Below, in pieces: positions 46,419 through 54,907 of a stretch of DNA of 64,000 nucleotides (position 1 is its first letter; each line of letters opens with the position of its first letter). Source of the stretch: Nanobdellota archaeon. Lineage in GTDB: Archaea; Nanobdellota; Nanobdellia; Parvarchaeales; Parvarchaeaceae. The notes beneath the pieces were generated by a model, which did no database searches, was not told the DNA's origin, and saw nothing but the letters and a program-made list of their open reading frames with translations. The stretch is taken from positions 32,655 through 96,654 of the forward strand of contig JAJYWD010000001.1 in the NCBI GenBank assembly GCA_021791655.1, in the 5' to 3' direction. A program made the translations under genes and the position numbers.

Positions 46419-46571
46419 ATGTATAAACGGGGCGTCACCGATTTTGTCTGGATGCTTATAATAATCCTGATAATAAGTCTGGTAATAATATTGGTATATC
46501 TGCTTGTTTTCTCACCTTCGTTCTTGCTCGGCATACTGCCGCACGCGCCGTCAACGTCATCTGGCTATTGA
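46419..46571 (+). CDS. Small single-TM peptide with KRG-hydrophobic N-terminus (3 of 4)
   Basis: 50 aa, MYKRGVTDFVWMLIIILIISLVIILVYLL…. Confidence 0.35.
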   Translation: MYKRGVTDFVWMLIIILIISLVIILVYLLVFSPSFLLGILPHAPSTSSGY

Positions 46572-46572
46572 T

Positions 46573-46758
46573 ATGCTAACGCAAAAAAAGGGTGTGTTAG
46601 AGGCTTCTTTGTTCTATATAATCGCGATAATACTTGGTATAGTTCTTATAATAGTTTTCGTTTTGATTGCCGGTCCTAATCGTATCCTAGCCGCGATAAC
46701 GCAAGCCATCTCTGGTTTTGCCGGAACGATTTTTGGCGGACTCAACAGTACAATATGA
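46573..46758 (+). CDS. Small single-TM peptide with KKG-hydrophobic N-terminus (4 of 4)
   Basis: 61 aa, MLTQKKGVLEASLFYIIAIILGIVLIIVFVLIAG…. The raw ORF extends upstream from a TTG, but this ATG is 2 nt after the preceding stop. Confidence 0.35.
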   Translation: MLTQKKGVLEASLFYIIAIILGIVLIIVFVLIAGPNRILAAITQAISGFAGTIFGGLNSTI

Positions 46759-46880
46759 GCCTGTTCTTCATGGATTCCTTGTCTCCATTTAAAAAGAACT
46801 CGCCGGTAAAATTTATTTATAAGAGCGTTTACATCTAAAAATGTGTAGGGGGAAAAGAGAAACAAAATTGATTTTAGTTT

Positions 46881-47459
46881 ATGCTTACCTATAACGATTT
46901 CATAAGGATAAGACGTAGCGAGCAAGAGGACAGTCGCGTCATAACCGACTTAACCGATAAACTAATCGAGGATATGAAGGATTACATCGCTTTAAGTAAA
47001 AGTGTTCTTGAGGAGGCTAAGAAAAACAGGGACGATAAGCGCGTCGAGGAAGTCTCAGCCCAGACAAAGAACGTAGTAAACTCGCTGACACAGATAATAA
47101 ACTTCCGCCTTATAAAGTTCGCGCAGATAGCAATATTCGGTTCTCCAATAGAACAGATGCGCCAGAAGATGTCCTCAAGCGAGCTGATATTTTTTGATAG
47201 TTTGCAGAATCTGATAAACGAGCACAAGAAGAGAGTGATAGGAGAAATAACGGACGTGACGCCCCGCGCGCCCGTTATGCAAGAGCAACCAGATGAAGAG
47301 AGTGCGGATAAGGTTGTCGTAAAGATAATAACTAACGTGCCACGTTTTGTCTGGAAAAATGATAAGTCATACGGCCCATTTTCTTTTCCGAGCGTCGTTG
47401 AGCTGGACAGGGACGTGGCTGATATTCTTATAAGGAGCGGAAAAGCCCAGAGTGCATAA
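46881..47459 (+). CDS. Hypothetical helical protein (possibly GINS-like; weak)
   Basis: 192 aa. Its stop overlaps the hef start by 1 nt. The C-terminal …FPSVVELDRDVADILIRSGKAQ resembles the B-domain ending of GINS subunits, but this is recollection only. Confidence 0.35.
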   Translation: MLTYNDFIRIRRSEQEDSRVITDLTDKLIEDMKDYIALSKSVLEEAKKNRDDKRVEEVSAQTKNVVNSLTQIINFRLIKFAQIAIFGSPIEQMRQKMSSSELIFFDSLQNLINEHKKRVIGEITDVTPRAPVMQEQPDEESADKVVVKIITNVPRFVWKNDKSYGPFSFPSVVELDRDVADILIRSGKAQSA

Positions 47460-48985
47460 TGTTCCTTGACAGATCTAAAATAGAAGAGCGTACGTATCAA
47501 ACCTCTATATTTGAGAATACTAAGGATAAAAACTCTCTAATAGTTCTACCAACGGGACTGGGTAAGACGATAATCTCTGCCATGCTTATAGATTACAGAC
47601 TGTCTGAGTTTCCCGGCTCTAGGGCACTGTTTCTTGCGCCCACTAAACCGCTGCTAAACCAGCACGGAAAGACGCTTTCAAGGCTGATGAACTTGAAGCT
47701 TGCAGTTGTGAGTGGCTCAGTCAGCAAGGCCGAGAGAGGGGGGACGTATAAAGATAACGACCTGATACTTGCGACGCCACAGACGATAGAGAATGACATT
47801 GCTTCCGATTTGATTGATTTGTCTGCATTCAGCATAATAATAGTCGATGAAGCGCATCATTCCATAGGCAACTACGCATACGTCAAGGTAGCGGATGAAT
47901 TCCTTCGCAGGTCCTCGAAACCTAACATAATCGGGTTGACGGCTTCTCCAGCCTCCGACCAAGGTAAGATAATGGAAATCTGCAAGAATCTGCACATATC
48001 AACAGTTGAAATACGCGGAGAGGATGACTCGGATGTGTCCCCATACATAAAGACAAAGATAGTACAGGAAGAACGGATTGAACTGCCGAAGGAAATAAAA
48101 AGTATAATCGCAGAAATAAAAGGGATAATCGCTGACCAAGTGACTGCGCTGAAGGGCGTAGGTATATTGGCGGAGGTCCCAGCCAGCAGGATAAACCGCG
48201 TGACTATCCTGAAAGTTCAGAACGGTCTAATAAAACGTCTTAGATCCGACAGGAAATCGTGGTACGCCATCCGCGGCATAATAATAACGTCTAAGATACT
48301 AAAACTGTACCACGCACTGAATCTTGTATCTACCCAGAGCGTAGAAGCCTTTTATTTATTCTTATCCCGGCTCATGGCTGGGAAAGCAAAATCCGATAAG
48401 GAGCTTGCGAAGTCCGAGGCCGTCGCACACGTAATCGAGTCCGCTAGGGCACTCTTGGACAACGGAGAAGAGACTCCCAAGATAGAAAGGCTTAAGGAGA
48501 TACTGCAAAAGTCCGTAACCAAGGATAAACGTGCGATAGTTTTTACCCAGTACAGGGACAATGTTGATGTATTGTACAAGTATCTATCTAAGATGGATGG
48601 AATACGGCCCGCTAAGTTCATAGGCCAGGGCAGGAAAGGGCTCTCCCAGAAAAATCAATTGGAGATAATAAGGCAGTTTGAGGAAGGGACGATCAACGTT
48701 CTTATCTCCACCAGCGTTAGCGAGGAGGGCATTTCTATCAAAGGTGTTGATACCGCCGTATTCTATGAGACAGTATCCAGTGCTATAAGGATGATACAAA
48801 GAAAAGGGAGGGTTGGCCGATTTGATGTCGGGAAGATATACCTTTTAATAGCGGAAGACACCAATGACGAGGGTTATTTCTGGCTCTCTAAGAGAAGAGA
48901 GAAAGCAATGAGGAAAATAGTGTCAAAGATAAAGGACAATCCTTCTATGATAACCAACGACGGCACGCTCCGACCTTTCACTTAG
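47459..48985 (+). CDS. hef: Hef/ERCC4-family SF2 helicase (helicase domains only, no nuclease domain)
   Basis: 508 aa. Walker A LPTGLGKT, DEAH box IIVDEAHHSIG, then motif VI QRKGRVGR. It ends directly after helicase domain 2. Confidence 0.8.
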   Translation: MFLDRSKIEERTYQTSIFENTKDKNSLIVLPTGLGKTIISAMLIDYRLSEFPGSRALFLAPTKPLLNQHGKTLSRLMNLKLAVVSGSVSKAERGGTYKDNDLILATPQTIENDIASDLIDLSAFSIIIVDEAHHSIGNYAYVKVADEFLRRSSKPNIIGLTASPASDQGKIMEICKNLHISTVEIRGEDDSDVSPYIKTKIVQEERIELPKEIKSIIAEIKGIIADQVTALKGVGILAEVPASRINRVTILKVQNGLIKRLRSDRKSWYAIRGIIITSKILKLYHALNLVSTQSVEAFYLFLSRLMAGKAKSDKELAKSEAVAHVIESARALLDNGEETPKIERLKEILQKSVTKDKRAIVFTQYRDNVDVLYKYLSKMDGIRPAKFIGQGRKGLSQKNQLEIIRQFEEGTINVLISTSVSEEGISIKGVDTAVFYETVSSAIRMIQRKGRVGRFDVGKIYLLIAEDTNDEGYFWLSKRREKAMRKIVSKIKDNPSMITNDGTLRPFT

Positions 48986-49406
48986 TTAGTATTACTTGGA
49001 ACTCACCACCAGGTCCATAGGAGCTTCCGCCGGTTGTATTGCATACGTAGCGCTCAGTTCCTGTAACCAACTCGGTAAAGCTAAGGCCCTTAAGTCCCGC
49101 CTCGTAGCTGCCTATTTTGCCAGAATTATTATAAAGCGAATATGTTAGTCCGGGACTTCCCTCCGAAGCATTTACCTGATAATAGCAGCTCTGTGTGTTG
49201 CAGCTTAGATTTGCCGCTGATATCTGGCAAGGCAACGGGCTGTTTCCTGAGGTCGGCGTGGTCTTTCCCAAGCCCGGTAACGATGCAATGAATGAATGAA
49301 ATATTATTATTATTGCAAATACGGCGAACGCTATGAGTATGATCAAGACGATTATCGTCTCTACAGCCGAAGCGCCGGCCTTATCGCCTAAGAAGTTTCT
49401 GCGCAT
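48978..49406 (-). CDS. Surface protein with prepilin-like N-terminus
   Basis: 142 aa. MRRNFLGDKAG|ASAVETIIVLIILIAFAVFAIIII (Glu at +5 after the Gly) is followed by a sequon/Cys-containing domain. It overlaps the upstream gene by 19 nt. Confidence 0.5.
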   Translation of the reverse strand: MRRNFLGDKAGASAVETIIVLIILIAFAVFAIIIIFHSFIASLPGLGKTTPTSGNSPLPCQISAANLSCNTQSCYYQVNASEGSPGLTYSLYNNSGKIGSYEAGLKGLSFTELVTGTERYVCNTTGGSSYGPGGEFQVILTK

Positions 49407-50869
49407 AAGTATATCTGATTTCTGCCTAGGAATGAAGTGGATCCCGTGTATAGACCCCCCAACGTCGTAATATAATTAAATATCCCCTCTGCGCACTGCT
49501 GCAAGCCGCTCGATGTAAGTAATGCTGTGCTTATTGCGTTTAGTATTGGGGGTATGATATATTGATTACATGGTTGATTAGAGGCGCAAGCTGCCGTAGC
49601 AAAACCACCCGCTACTGATGCGAGTGCGACTTTTCCCATTATAACTCCGCTATCACCAGTACCGCCTACGCCCAAAACTGCACCACTATAAACGATTATT
49701 GCTCTTGTGCACTCATCTCTTATGGAGTTAGTTGGATAGTTATTGAAAAACGTCTGCGGTGTGCACTCTTGCGGTAAAGAGACGGTCGCAGGTGGGAATC
49801 TAGTATTTGTGAACGAATTCATATAGACTAAATAAAGATCTGCGTGACTTATGCTCTGAGAAGAATTAATCCGACTGAAGTTCGATATGCCACTAGTCTT
49901 GTTTTTATAGCTGTATATGAGATCAAGGCCGGGCTTTAGGTAATTGAAATAGCTTTCATTTTCTATTGCGGTCGGATTTACCGATTCTGTGAGGAGACAA
50001 GACGGGGGCGATTGATAAGAGTCTATTGTGGGATTGTAATCCACCGTACAATTGTATACGCCTTCCGGGTTTTTAGTGCAGAAATTTTGATAGCTCTGCG
50101 TGCACGCGTCTATTTTATTATCGGTCGTGTTTACGCAGGATTGCTGTGAATCATTGAAATAGCACCCCTGCGACGGCTCGCACAGCTCTGTGGACATGTT
50201 TAGGCTGGCCGAGGGATTCGCCCCAGTGAGAGGGATGTGCGTAGTAACGTATCCTTGGTACACATTGTTATAATTCGGTTGCGTCTTGCAGATTGAATAA
50301 TTCAACTCAGTTTTTTGGCAAAGCGTAGGCGTATTGGTGTCGCACACGAAACCCTGCTGGTAGTTTGGACAGGCCTGTTGCGGCGTGTACCCTGTGCAAC
50401 TTATGTGCGAACTAAAGGTGCTGTCTTCCAGGTATTTGGTCAAATTATTGAATGTGATGTTCGTATTTGTGTTTATAGACAATACGCTGCAAAGTCGGGG
50501 CTGTGCGCTGACGACTAGGCTTTGGTTCGCCCCAAACTGGTACCAGCACGTCGATAATGCGGTGGTTATGCCCCCCAATGTCTGGGCCGGAGAGCTCTGG
50601 GAATCATAGTTTAGCGTTGATGTGCTACATCCCAACAGAGGAGGGACCAATCCAAGATTAGAAAGGGAAGAAGACAGGCAGAAGAATTGCGGCACTACGC
50701 ACAGATCTTGATAGAAGAAATTACGCACGTTGGAGCTGACGAAACAAGCGGAACCCGAAGCGAATCCGAAGCCGAGTATCAAAAAGTAGCCGAAAACTAC
50801 TATTATAACGAACGCTATGACCGCAAATAGTATGAGTAGTGCAGCCTTCTCCAAGCCGGTTTGAGCCAT
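49388..50869 (-). CDS. Cys-rich, sequon-rich secreted/membrane-anchored protein
   Basis: 493 aa with an N-terminal hydrophobic helix, about 30 Cys and many N-x-S/T sequons. No recognisable domain. Confidence 0.55.
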   Translation of the reverse strand: MAQTGLEKAALLILFAVIAFVIIVVFGYFLILGFGFASGSACFVSSNVRNFFYQDLCVVPQFFCLSSSLSNLGLVPPLLGCSTSTLNYDSQSSPAQTLGGITTALSTCWYQFGANQSLVVSAQPRLCSVLSINTNTNITFNNLTKYLEDSTFSSHISCTGYTPQQACPNYQQGFVCDTNTPTLCQKTELNYSICKTQPNYNNVYQGYVTTHIPLTGANPSASLNMSTELCEPSQGCYFNDSQQSCVNTTDNKIDACTQSYQNFCTKNPEGVYNCTVDYNPTIDSYQSPPSCLLTESVNPTAIENESYFNYLKPGLDLIYSYKNKTSGISNFSRINSSQSISHADLYLVYMNSFTNTRFPPATVSLPQECTPQTFFNNYPTNSIRDECTRAIIVYSGAVLGVGGTGDSGVIMGKVALASVAGGFATAACASNQPCNQYIIPPILNAISTALLTSSGLQQCAEGIFNYITTLGGLYTGSTSFLGRNQIYLCAETS

Positions 50870-50940
50870 ACCTCATATCCACACGGATAATTAAAATACT
50901 TTAGATTGCTAAAAGTGCCAACTGAATGGCAACTAAAACC

Positions 50941-52185
50941 TTAGCACGTGGCTAGATTGTTCCCGCTGCTCTGTACCGTTAAGGAGCCAGCAGGAGAATT
51001 TGTCGTTTCGTTCGGGTATTCTCCACTGACACTCGAACAGAAATAGCCGTTGGAATTCGTCGTGGCAGTTACTACCTGTTTCTGATAGCTTCCGCTATTT
51101 GGAAAGGATATGCTTATTGTTTGGCCGCTTGCCGGCACGCCGTTGTATAAAAGGGTGCCGTTTGCATACGTATAAGGACACAGCGCCCTCGGAGAGCAGT
51201 TGTGGAACCATTCCTTAGCGCTCGATACAACGTATCCAGAAGCGGTCGAGACAGTGGAATTTGTTACGCACACGAACACTCTGTCCTGCCCAACTGTCAT
51301 TGCATTTATAAGATACCCGCAGAACGATACAAAGTAAGCGTTCTGGCACACTTGCTGTGGGTTGGTAGAGCTTCCACCGAGTGCGAATTCGCCGTTTGTA
51401 AGCGAACTCACCGGCTCGTAGGCTTGGCTCACGGTGCTATTGCCAAAAGAACATGAGGAGTCTGGTACGGATGGCTGGCCGTACTGGCTAACGAACTGGC
51501 ACCTCTGGACGAAAGGCACGTAACAGCCGGTAGGTGGCTTGTTGTACGGGTATCCAAAGTAGGCCACCTGATAATTCGAATTGTTATAGACTATCTGGTT
51601 TAAATCAGGGTATGCCGCTGGACGAGGAGTCTGTGCACTCGATCCGTTCGTTATGAATACGATCTGCAGAGGATTTTGTGGTGAGTAATAATTCTGGTCT
51701 ATGTAATTTATGCCGTAAGCGAAAGTGGTTAAGTTGCTGGTCTCATAATTGTAGATCCTTCCCACATAACACGTGAATACGTTATTTAGTTCGTTGCTGC
51801 TTAGTAGGCTTATTCCGGTGCTGTAATCATTTCCTTGGAACAGGTTGAAGCACGACGACGCCTTAGTGTAAAGCTGATTGGCTATATCCGTCGTGCTGTA
51901 CGCGTTGATGTTACTTGTTTGAATGCATGCAGACTGCAGGGATGTCGCTCCGAATCCCGCTGGCGGCACAAGGTTCAGCGTGCTTCCAAAGGAATACAGG
52001 AGGGAAAACGCGGGGTTATTTATTACGCTGTACGCCAGAAAATCGAAATAACATTTTATCCCGAAACTTTGAGCCCCAACCGACGTTCCAAGTACGAAAA
52101 CGAACGTAAACAGGATGACGGCGGCTATGATTATGAGTACCAGCTCCAGAATAACCGATACAGTTGGAAAAGCTATCGCCATCAT
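50941..52185 (-). CDS. Cys-rich, sequon-rich secreted/membrane-anchored protein
   Basis: 414 aa. MMAIAFPTVSVILELVLIIIAAVILF recalls the bacterial pseudopilin FTLIELLVV segment. The rest is Cys- and sequon-rich. Confidence 0.55.
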   Translation of the reverse strand: MMAIAFPTVSVILELVLIIIAAVILFTFVFVLGTSVGAQSFGIKCYFDFLAYSVINNPAFSLLYSFGSTLNLVPPAGFGATSLQSACIQTSNINAYSTTDIANQLYTKASSCFNLFQGNDYSTGISLLSSNELNNVFTCYVGRIYNYETSNLTTFAYGINYIDQNYYSPQNPLQIVFITNGSSAQTPRPAAYPDLNQIVYNNSNYQVAYFGYPYNKPPTGCYVPFVQRCQFVSQYGQPSVPDSSCSFGNSTVSQAYEPVSSLTNGEFALGGSSTNPQQVCQNAYFVSFCGYLINAMTVGQDRVFVCVTNSTVSTASGYVVSSAKEWFHNCSPRALCPYTYANGTLLYNGVPASGQTISISFPNSGSYQKQVVTATTNSNGYFCSSVSGEYPNETTNSPAGSLTVQSSGNNLATC

Positions 52186-52340
52186 CTGCCTCCGAATATG
52201 TTGGATAAAGTCGAAAACGGCGAGGCGCCGTGTATGCTAGCGTAATATACGGCGTAGACTATCAGTATAGCGACAGCCAAGGAAACCAGCACCACTATCA
52301 GCCATATCACTCTCCATTCTAGACTGCCCTTTGGGTTCAT
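52182..52340 (-). CDS. Small single-TM peptide with KG-SLE prepilin-like start
   Basis: 52 aa, MNPKGSLEWRVIWLIVVLVSLAVAILIV…, not in the supplied ORF track (below 60 aa). Its stop overlaps the start of the 414-aa gene, and its start is 2 nt after the upstream stop. Confidence 0.35.
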   Translation of the reverse strand: MNPKGSLEWRVIWLIVVLVSLAVAILIVYAVYYASIHGASPFSTLSNIFGGR

Positions 52341-52341
52341 A

Positions 52342-52857
52342 TCATTGTCCTGCGCAAGGCGGGCAGAACTTGCTGTCGCCCGCTACGCACGTGGGGATGT
52401 TTATCGCACAGTTCTCTATGTTGGTGGAATTGTCCGCGACTATCGTGCTTTTCTGGCAGCTTTCCAGCGCTGCAGTATTTGCCGGAGAAAGGTCTCTACA
52501 GCCCTGTATGACTTGCGGATATGCAGAAGGGAACTGTATGCAAGTCTGTACGTTCGTTACTTCGGAACCTGGTTGTTTTGATAGATAATAGCACCAGTGG
52601 GTTATGCACGTCTGATTGGCTGTCGCTTGGTCGTAACATGCGTCCGTTAGGTAACACCTGAAAAGAGGCGTGCCTTCCATTCTGTTCGCGTAGCCGTATT
52701 CTGCCTGCGTGAACTGGTTTTCGATTATGTTATTATTGTTACATCCGACGGGGAAGACTGGGGAAAAATCAGCCAGGAATACGTAAAATATCACCACTAT
52801 CACTATAACTGCGAACACTACTCCTATCAGTATGAATTCCTCTACATTCTCCTGCAT
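52342..52857 (-). CDS. Cys-rich membrane-anchored protein
   Basis: 171 aa, MQENVEEFILIGVVFAVIVIVVIFYVF, followed by about 14 Cys including a C-terminal CPPCAG. Confidence 0.5.
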   Translation of the reverse strand: MQENVEEFILIGVVFAVIVIVVIFYVFLADFSPVFPVGCNNNNIIENQFTQAEYGYANRMEGTPLFRCYLTDACYDQATANQTCITHWCYYLSKQPGSEVTNVQTCIQFPSAYPQVIQGCRDLSPANTAALESCQKSTIVADNSTNIENCAINIPTCVAGDSKFCPPCAGQ

Positions 52858-52908
52858 AGAGTTAGATTGAAATACTCGATTAAATCCTTTTTATGTCAGG
52901 CGGTTGGC

Positions 52909-53316
52909 TCACTTTGCAAGGCGGTCGTGCATTACGACCTCATACCACTGGTATTTTCCATTGTCTCCTAGGAAATAGGATCCAAGTATGTCCATGTTCG
53001 GATAGCGTTTTGATGCTCTGTTCTCCGCGATTTTCTTTTTGCTTATGCTTAAATTGTAGTATATACCGGTCTTACTGGGCCTCCTCGCGTGCACCGGTCT
53101 TGCCCTTCTGAAGCTTCCTCGATTCACTCTAACCCGAACTACAATATAACCCCTTTTTGCCTTGTAGCCTATAGATCTCGCTTTGGCGAGTTTTGTTGGC
53201 CCGTCGGGCCTCTCGATGGACGAACTTCGCGCCAGTGCGTATACCAGTTCTCTTTGGCGGTCCTTGTCCTTGTAAATGGACTGCTCGTTCTCACGTATGT
53301 ATTTGAAGGCTCCCAT
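52909..53316 (-). CDS. rpl15e: 50S ribosomal protein eL15
   Basis: 135 aa. MGAFKYIRENEQ…YKAKRGYIVVRVRVNRGSFRRARP… matches L15e. Confidence 0.85.
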   Translation of the reverse strand: MGAFKYIRENEQSIYKDKDRQRELVYALARSSSIERPDGPTKLAKARSIGYKAKRGYIVVRVRVNRGSFRRARPVHARRPSKTGIYYNLSISKKKIAENRASKRYPNMDILGSYFLGDNGKYQWYEVVMHDRLAK

Positions 53317-53393
53317 AAAAATCTTATAACGTTAACTTTCGCGATACTTACTTTTTAGTGAATTAACATATTTAAGCCTTAATCACAGCGCTT

Positions 53394-53834
53394 TCAGTTG
53401 GTAACCTGTCCTTTTATCGCTATAGTCTGACTGAATGAGCTGTTTGACGGGGTATAGGTAATTATTATTTGTGCGTTGAAATTGGAGGGCAGCGAAACCG
53501 TTAGGTTGCACGAATCTGAATCCAAGGGCGGCATGTACGCCGGCAGTGTGGTTTCGCACGTGAACGCGTTCGAATTCACGCTTCCAGAGACGAATGAAAT
53601 TCCGTCAACGTTTATATTCTCATTCAGCAGATTTTGGAAATCCAGGGAAAACGTGCCGCCAGAGTATCCCTGCGATACTATCTTTAAACCCTGGAATCCG
53701 CTTACCGTGGGTGTGCTATACGGTGAGAACAAAGCTGGGTCAAGCACGAATATTAATGCGACTGCAAAGCCTACTATGAAAAGGACAATTCCATAAATCG
53801 TAAGATACTCGAGTGCGCTTTGACCAATCCTCAT
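53394..53834 (-). CDS. Archaeal type IV pilin-like protein (DUF361-like N-terminus)
   Basis: 146 aa, MRIG|QSALEYLTIYGIVLFIVGFAVALIF. This is the classic archaeal prepilin Q-x-S-x-E-Y start, followed by a small beta-rich domain. Confidence 0.6.
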   Translation of the reverse strand: MRIGQSALEYLTIYGIVLFIVGFAVALIFVLDPALFSPYSTPTVSGFQGLKIVSQGYSGGTFSLDFQNLLNENINVDGISFVSGSVNSNAFTCETTLPAYMPPLDSDSCNLTVSLPSNFNAQIIITYTPSNSSFSQTIAIKGQVTN

Positions 53835-53880
53835 ATCTTATACAGCACAGCTTCCCAATTAATAAGCCGCGGATAGTTCA

Positions 53881-53963
53881 AGCCTTGGATGGGACTCGAA
53901 CCCACAACCTCCTGCTTTTTCAGATTGTACGAAGCAGACGCTCCGCCATTGAGCTACCAAGGC
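53881..53963 (-). tRNA. Intron-containing tRNA, probably tRNA-Thr (anticodon CGU) with an 11-nt intron in the anticodon loop
   Basis: Reverse complement reads GCCTTGGTAGCTCAATGGCGGAGCGTCTGCTTCGTACAATCTGAAAAAGCAGGAGGTTGTGGGTTCGAGTCCCATCCAAGGCT. Acceptor, D and T arms are perfect, with T-loop TTCGAGT. The anticodon stem TCTGC/GCAGG encloses 18 nt (TTCGTA + 11 nt + A). Confidence 0.6.
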
Positions 53964-54127
53964 TCAGTTGAACCCCACATTTTTATTGGTATCCTTTCTG
54001 TATACACTCTCATTAGTAGCGTGCTCTAAAGCTTTAAATGATTTTCCGCAGAAAAAACATCTTACGCTGGACGTGGAACTTGTGCGGCGGTACTTCCCGC
54101 ATGCGGGACATCTAACAATATACGTCC

Positions 54128-54844
54128 TCATATGCCTCTACGTATAGTGTCCGCTAATTTAAGGAATTCCTTTGATGCCCTGCTCCTAGAATTTAGGTGA
54201 GTGACCGGCATGCCGCTGTTTAGCGCATCCGTCAGTTTATCGTCCTCCGATATCGTACCGATTACATCGCCACCCATAGACAGCACCGCATTTTCCGCAA
54301 GTTTCTGCTTTCGTCTATTAGATCTATTTACGATTATCCCCAGCAATTTTATCGCGTTTTCTCTCAGTTCCTTTGCTAGCTCTTTTGCTTCCAACAAGGA
54401 TGTAAGGTCCGGGTTTACAACTACCACTATCTCTGCATTTGGTATAAGCCTGATAAAGTCGATGTCAGTTGCAGGTCTGGTGTCGATTATCACGAAATCG
54501 TAACTGTTAACGACCCGGCCTATGTGAAAGAACAGGTTTATCAGCTGGTAATTTGCCGCTTTATCGCCCTTTTTCCTGAATACACGCGATGGCAGAATAT
54601 CCAGCCCGTATCGTGTATGGTATATGGCGCGGTCCACCTGTACAATACCATTGAGCACGTCCTGCAGGGCCATTTCGTAGTCATCGAGCCCATAGTGCAC
54701 GGCTATGTGCGAGGTCTCCATATTCGCATCTATAAGAAGCACCCTAGACTTTTTTGTCGCTAGTGCGGATGCTAGATTCGCCGAAACGGTAGTTTTTCCG
54801 ACGCCGCCCTTTCTCGACATTATCACTATTATTCTGGCGACCAT
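54128..54844 (-). CDS. ParA/MinD-family P-loop ATPase
   Basis: 238 aa with the deviant Walker A SRKGGVGKTT and Walker B FVIIDT. Confidence 0.85.
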   Translation of the reverse strand: MVARIIVIMSRKGGVGKTTVSANLASALATKKSRVLLIDANMETSHIAVHYGLDDYEMALQDVLNGIVQVDRAIYHTRYGLDILPSRVFRKKGDKAANYQLINLFFHIGRVVNSYDFVIIDTRPATDIDFIRLIPNAEIVVVVNPDLTSLLEAKELAKELRENAIKLLGIIVNRSNRRKQKLAENAVLSMGGDVIGTISEDDKLTDALNSGMPVTHLNSRSRASKEFLKLADTIRRGI

Positions 54845-54907
54845 GTCTATTTTATAATTGTTATACTTTATATCTTTGAATCTTGTTAGCTATCCTGAGA
54901 TTAATTT

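Noticed and set aside
54201-54763. Plus-strand ORFs (100 and 79 aa) inside the ParA/MinD gene
   Set aside because: They are antisense to a gene with clear Walker A and B motifs.
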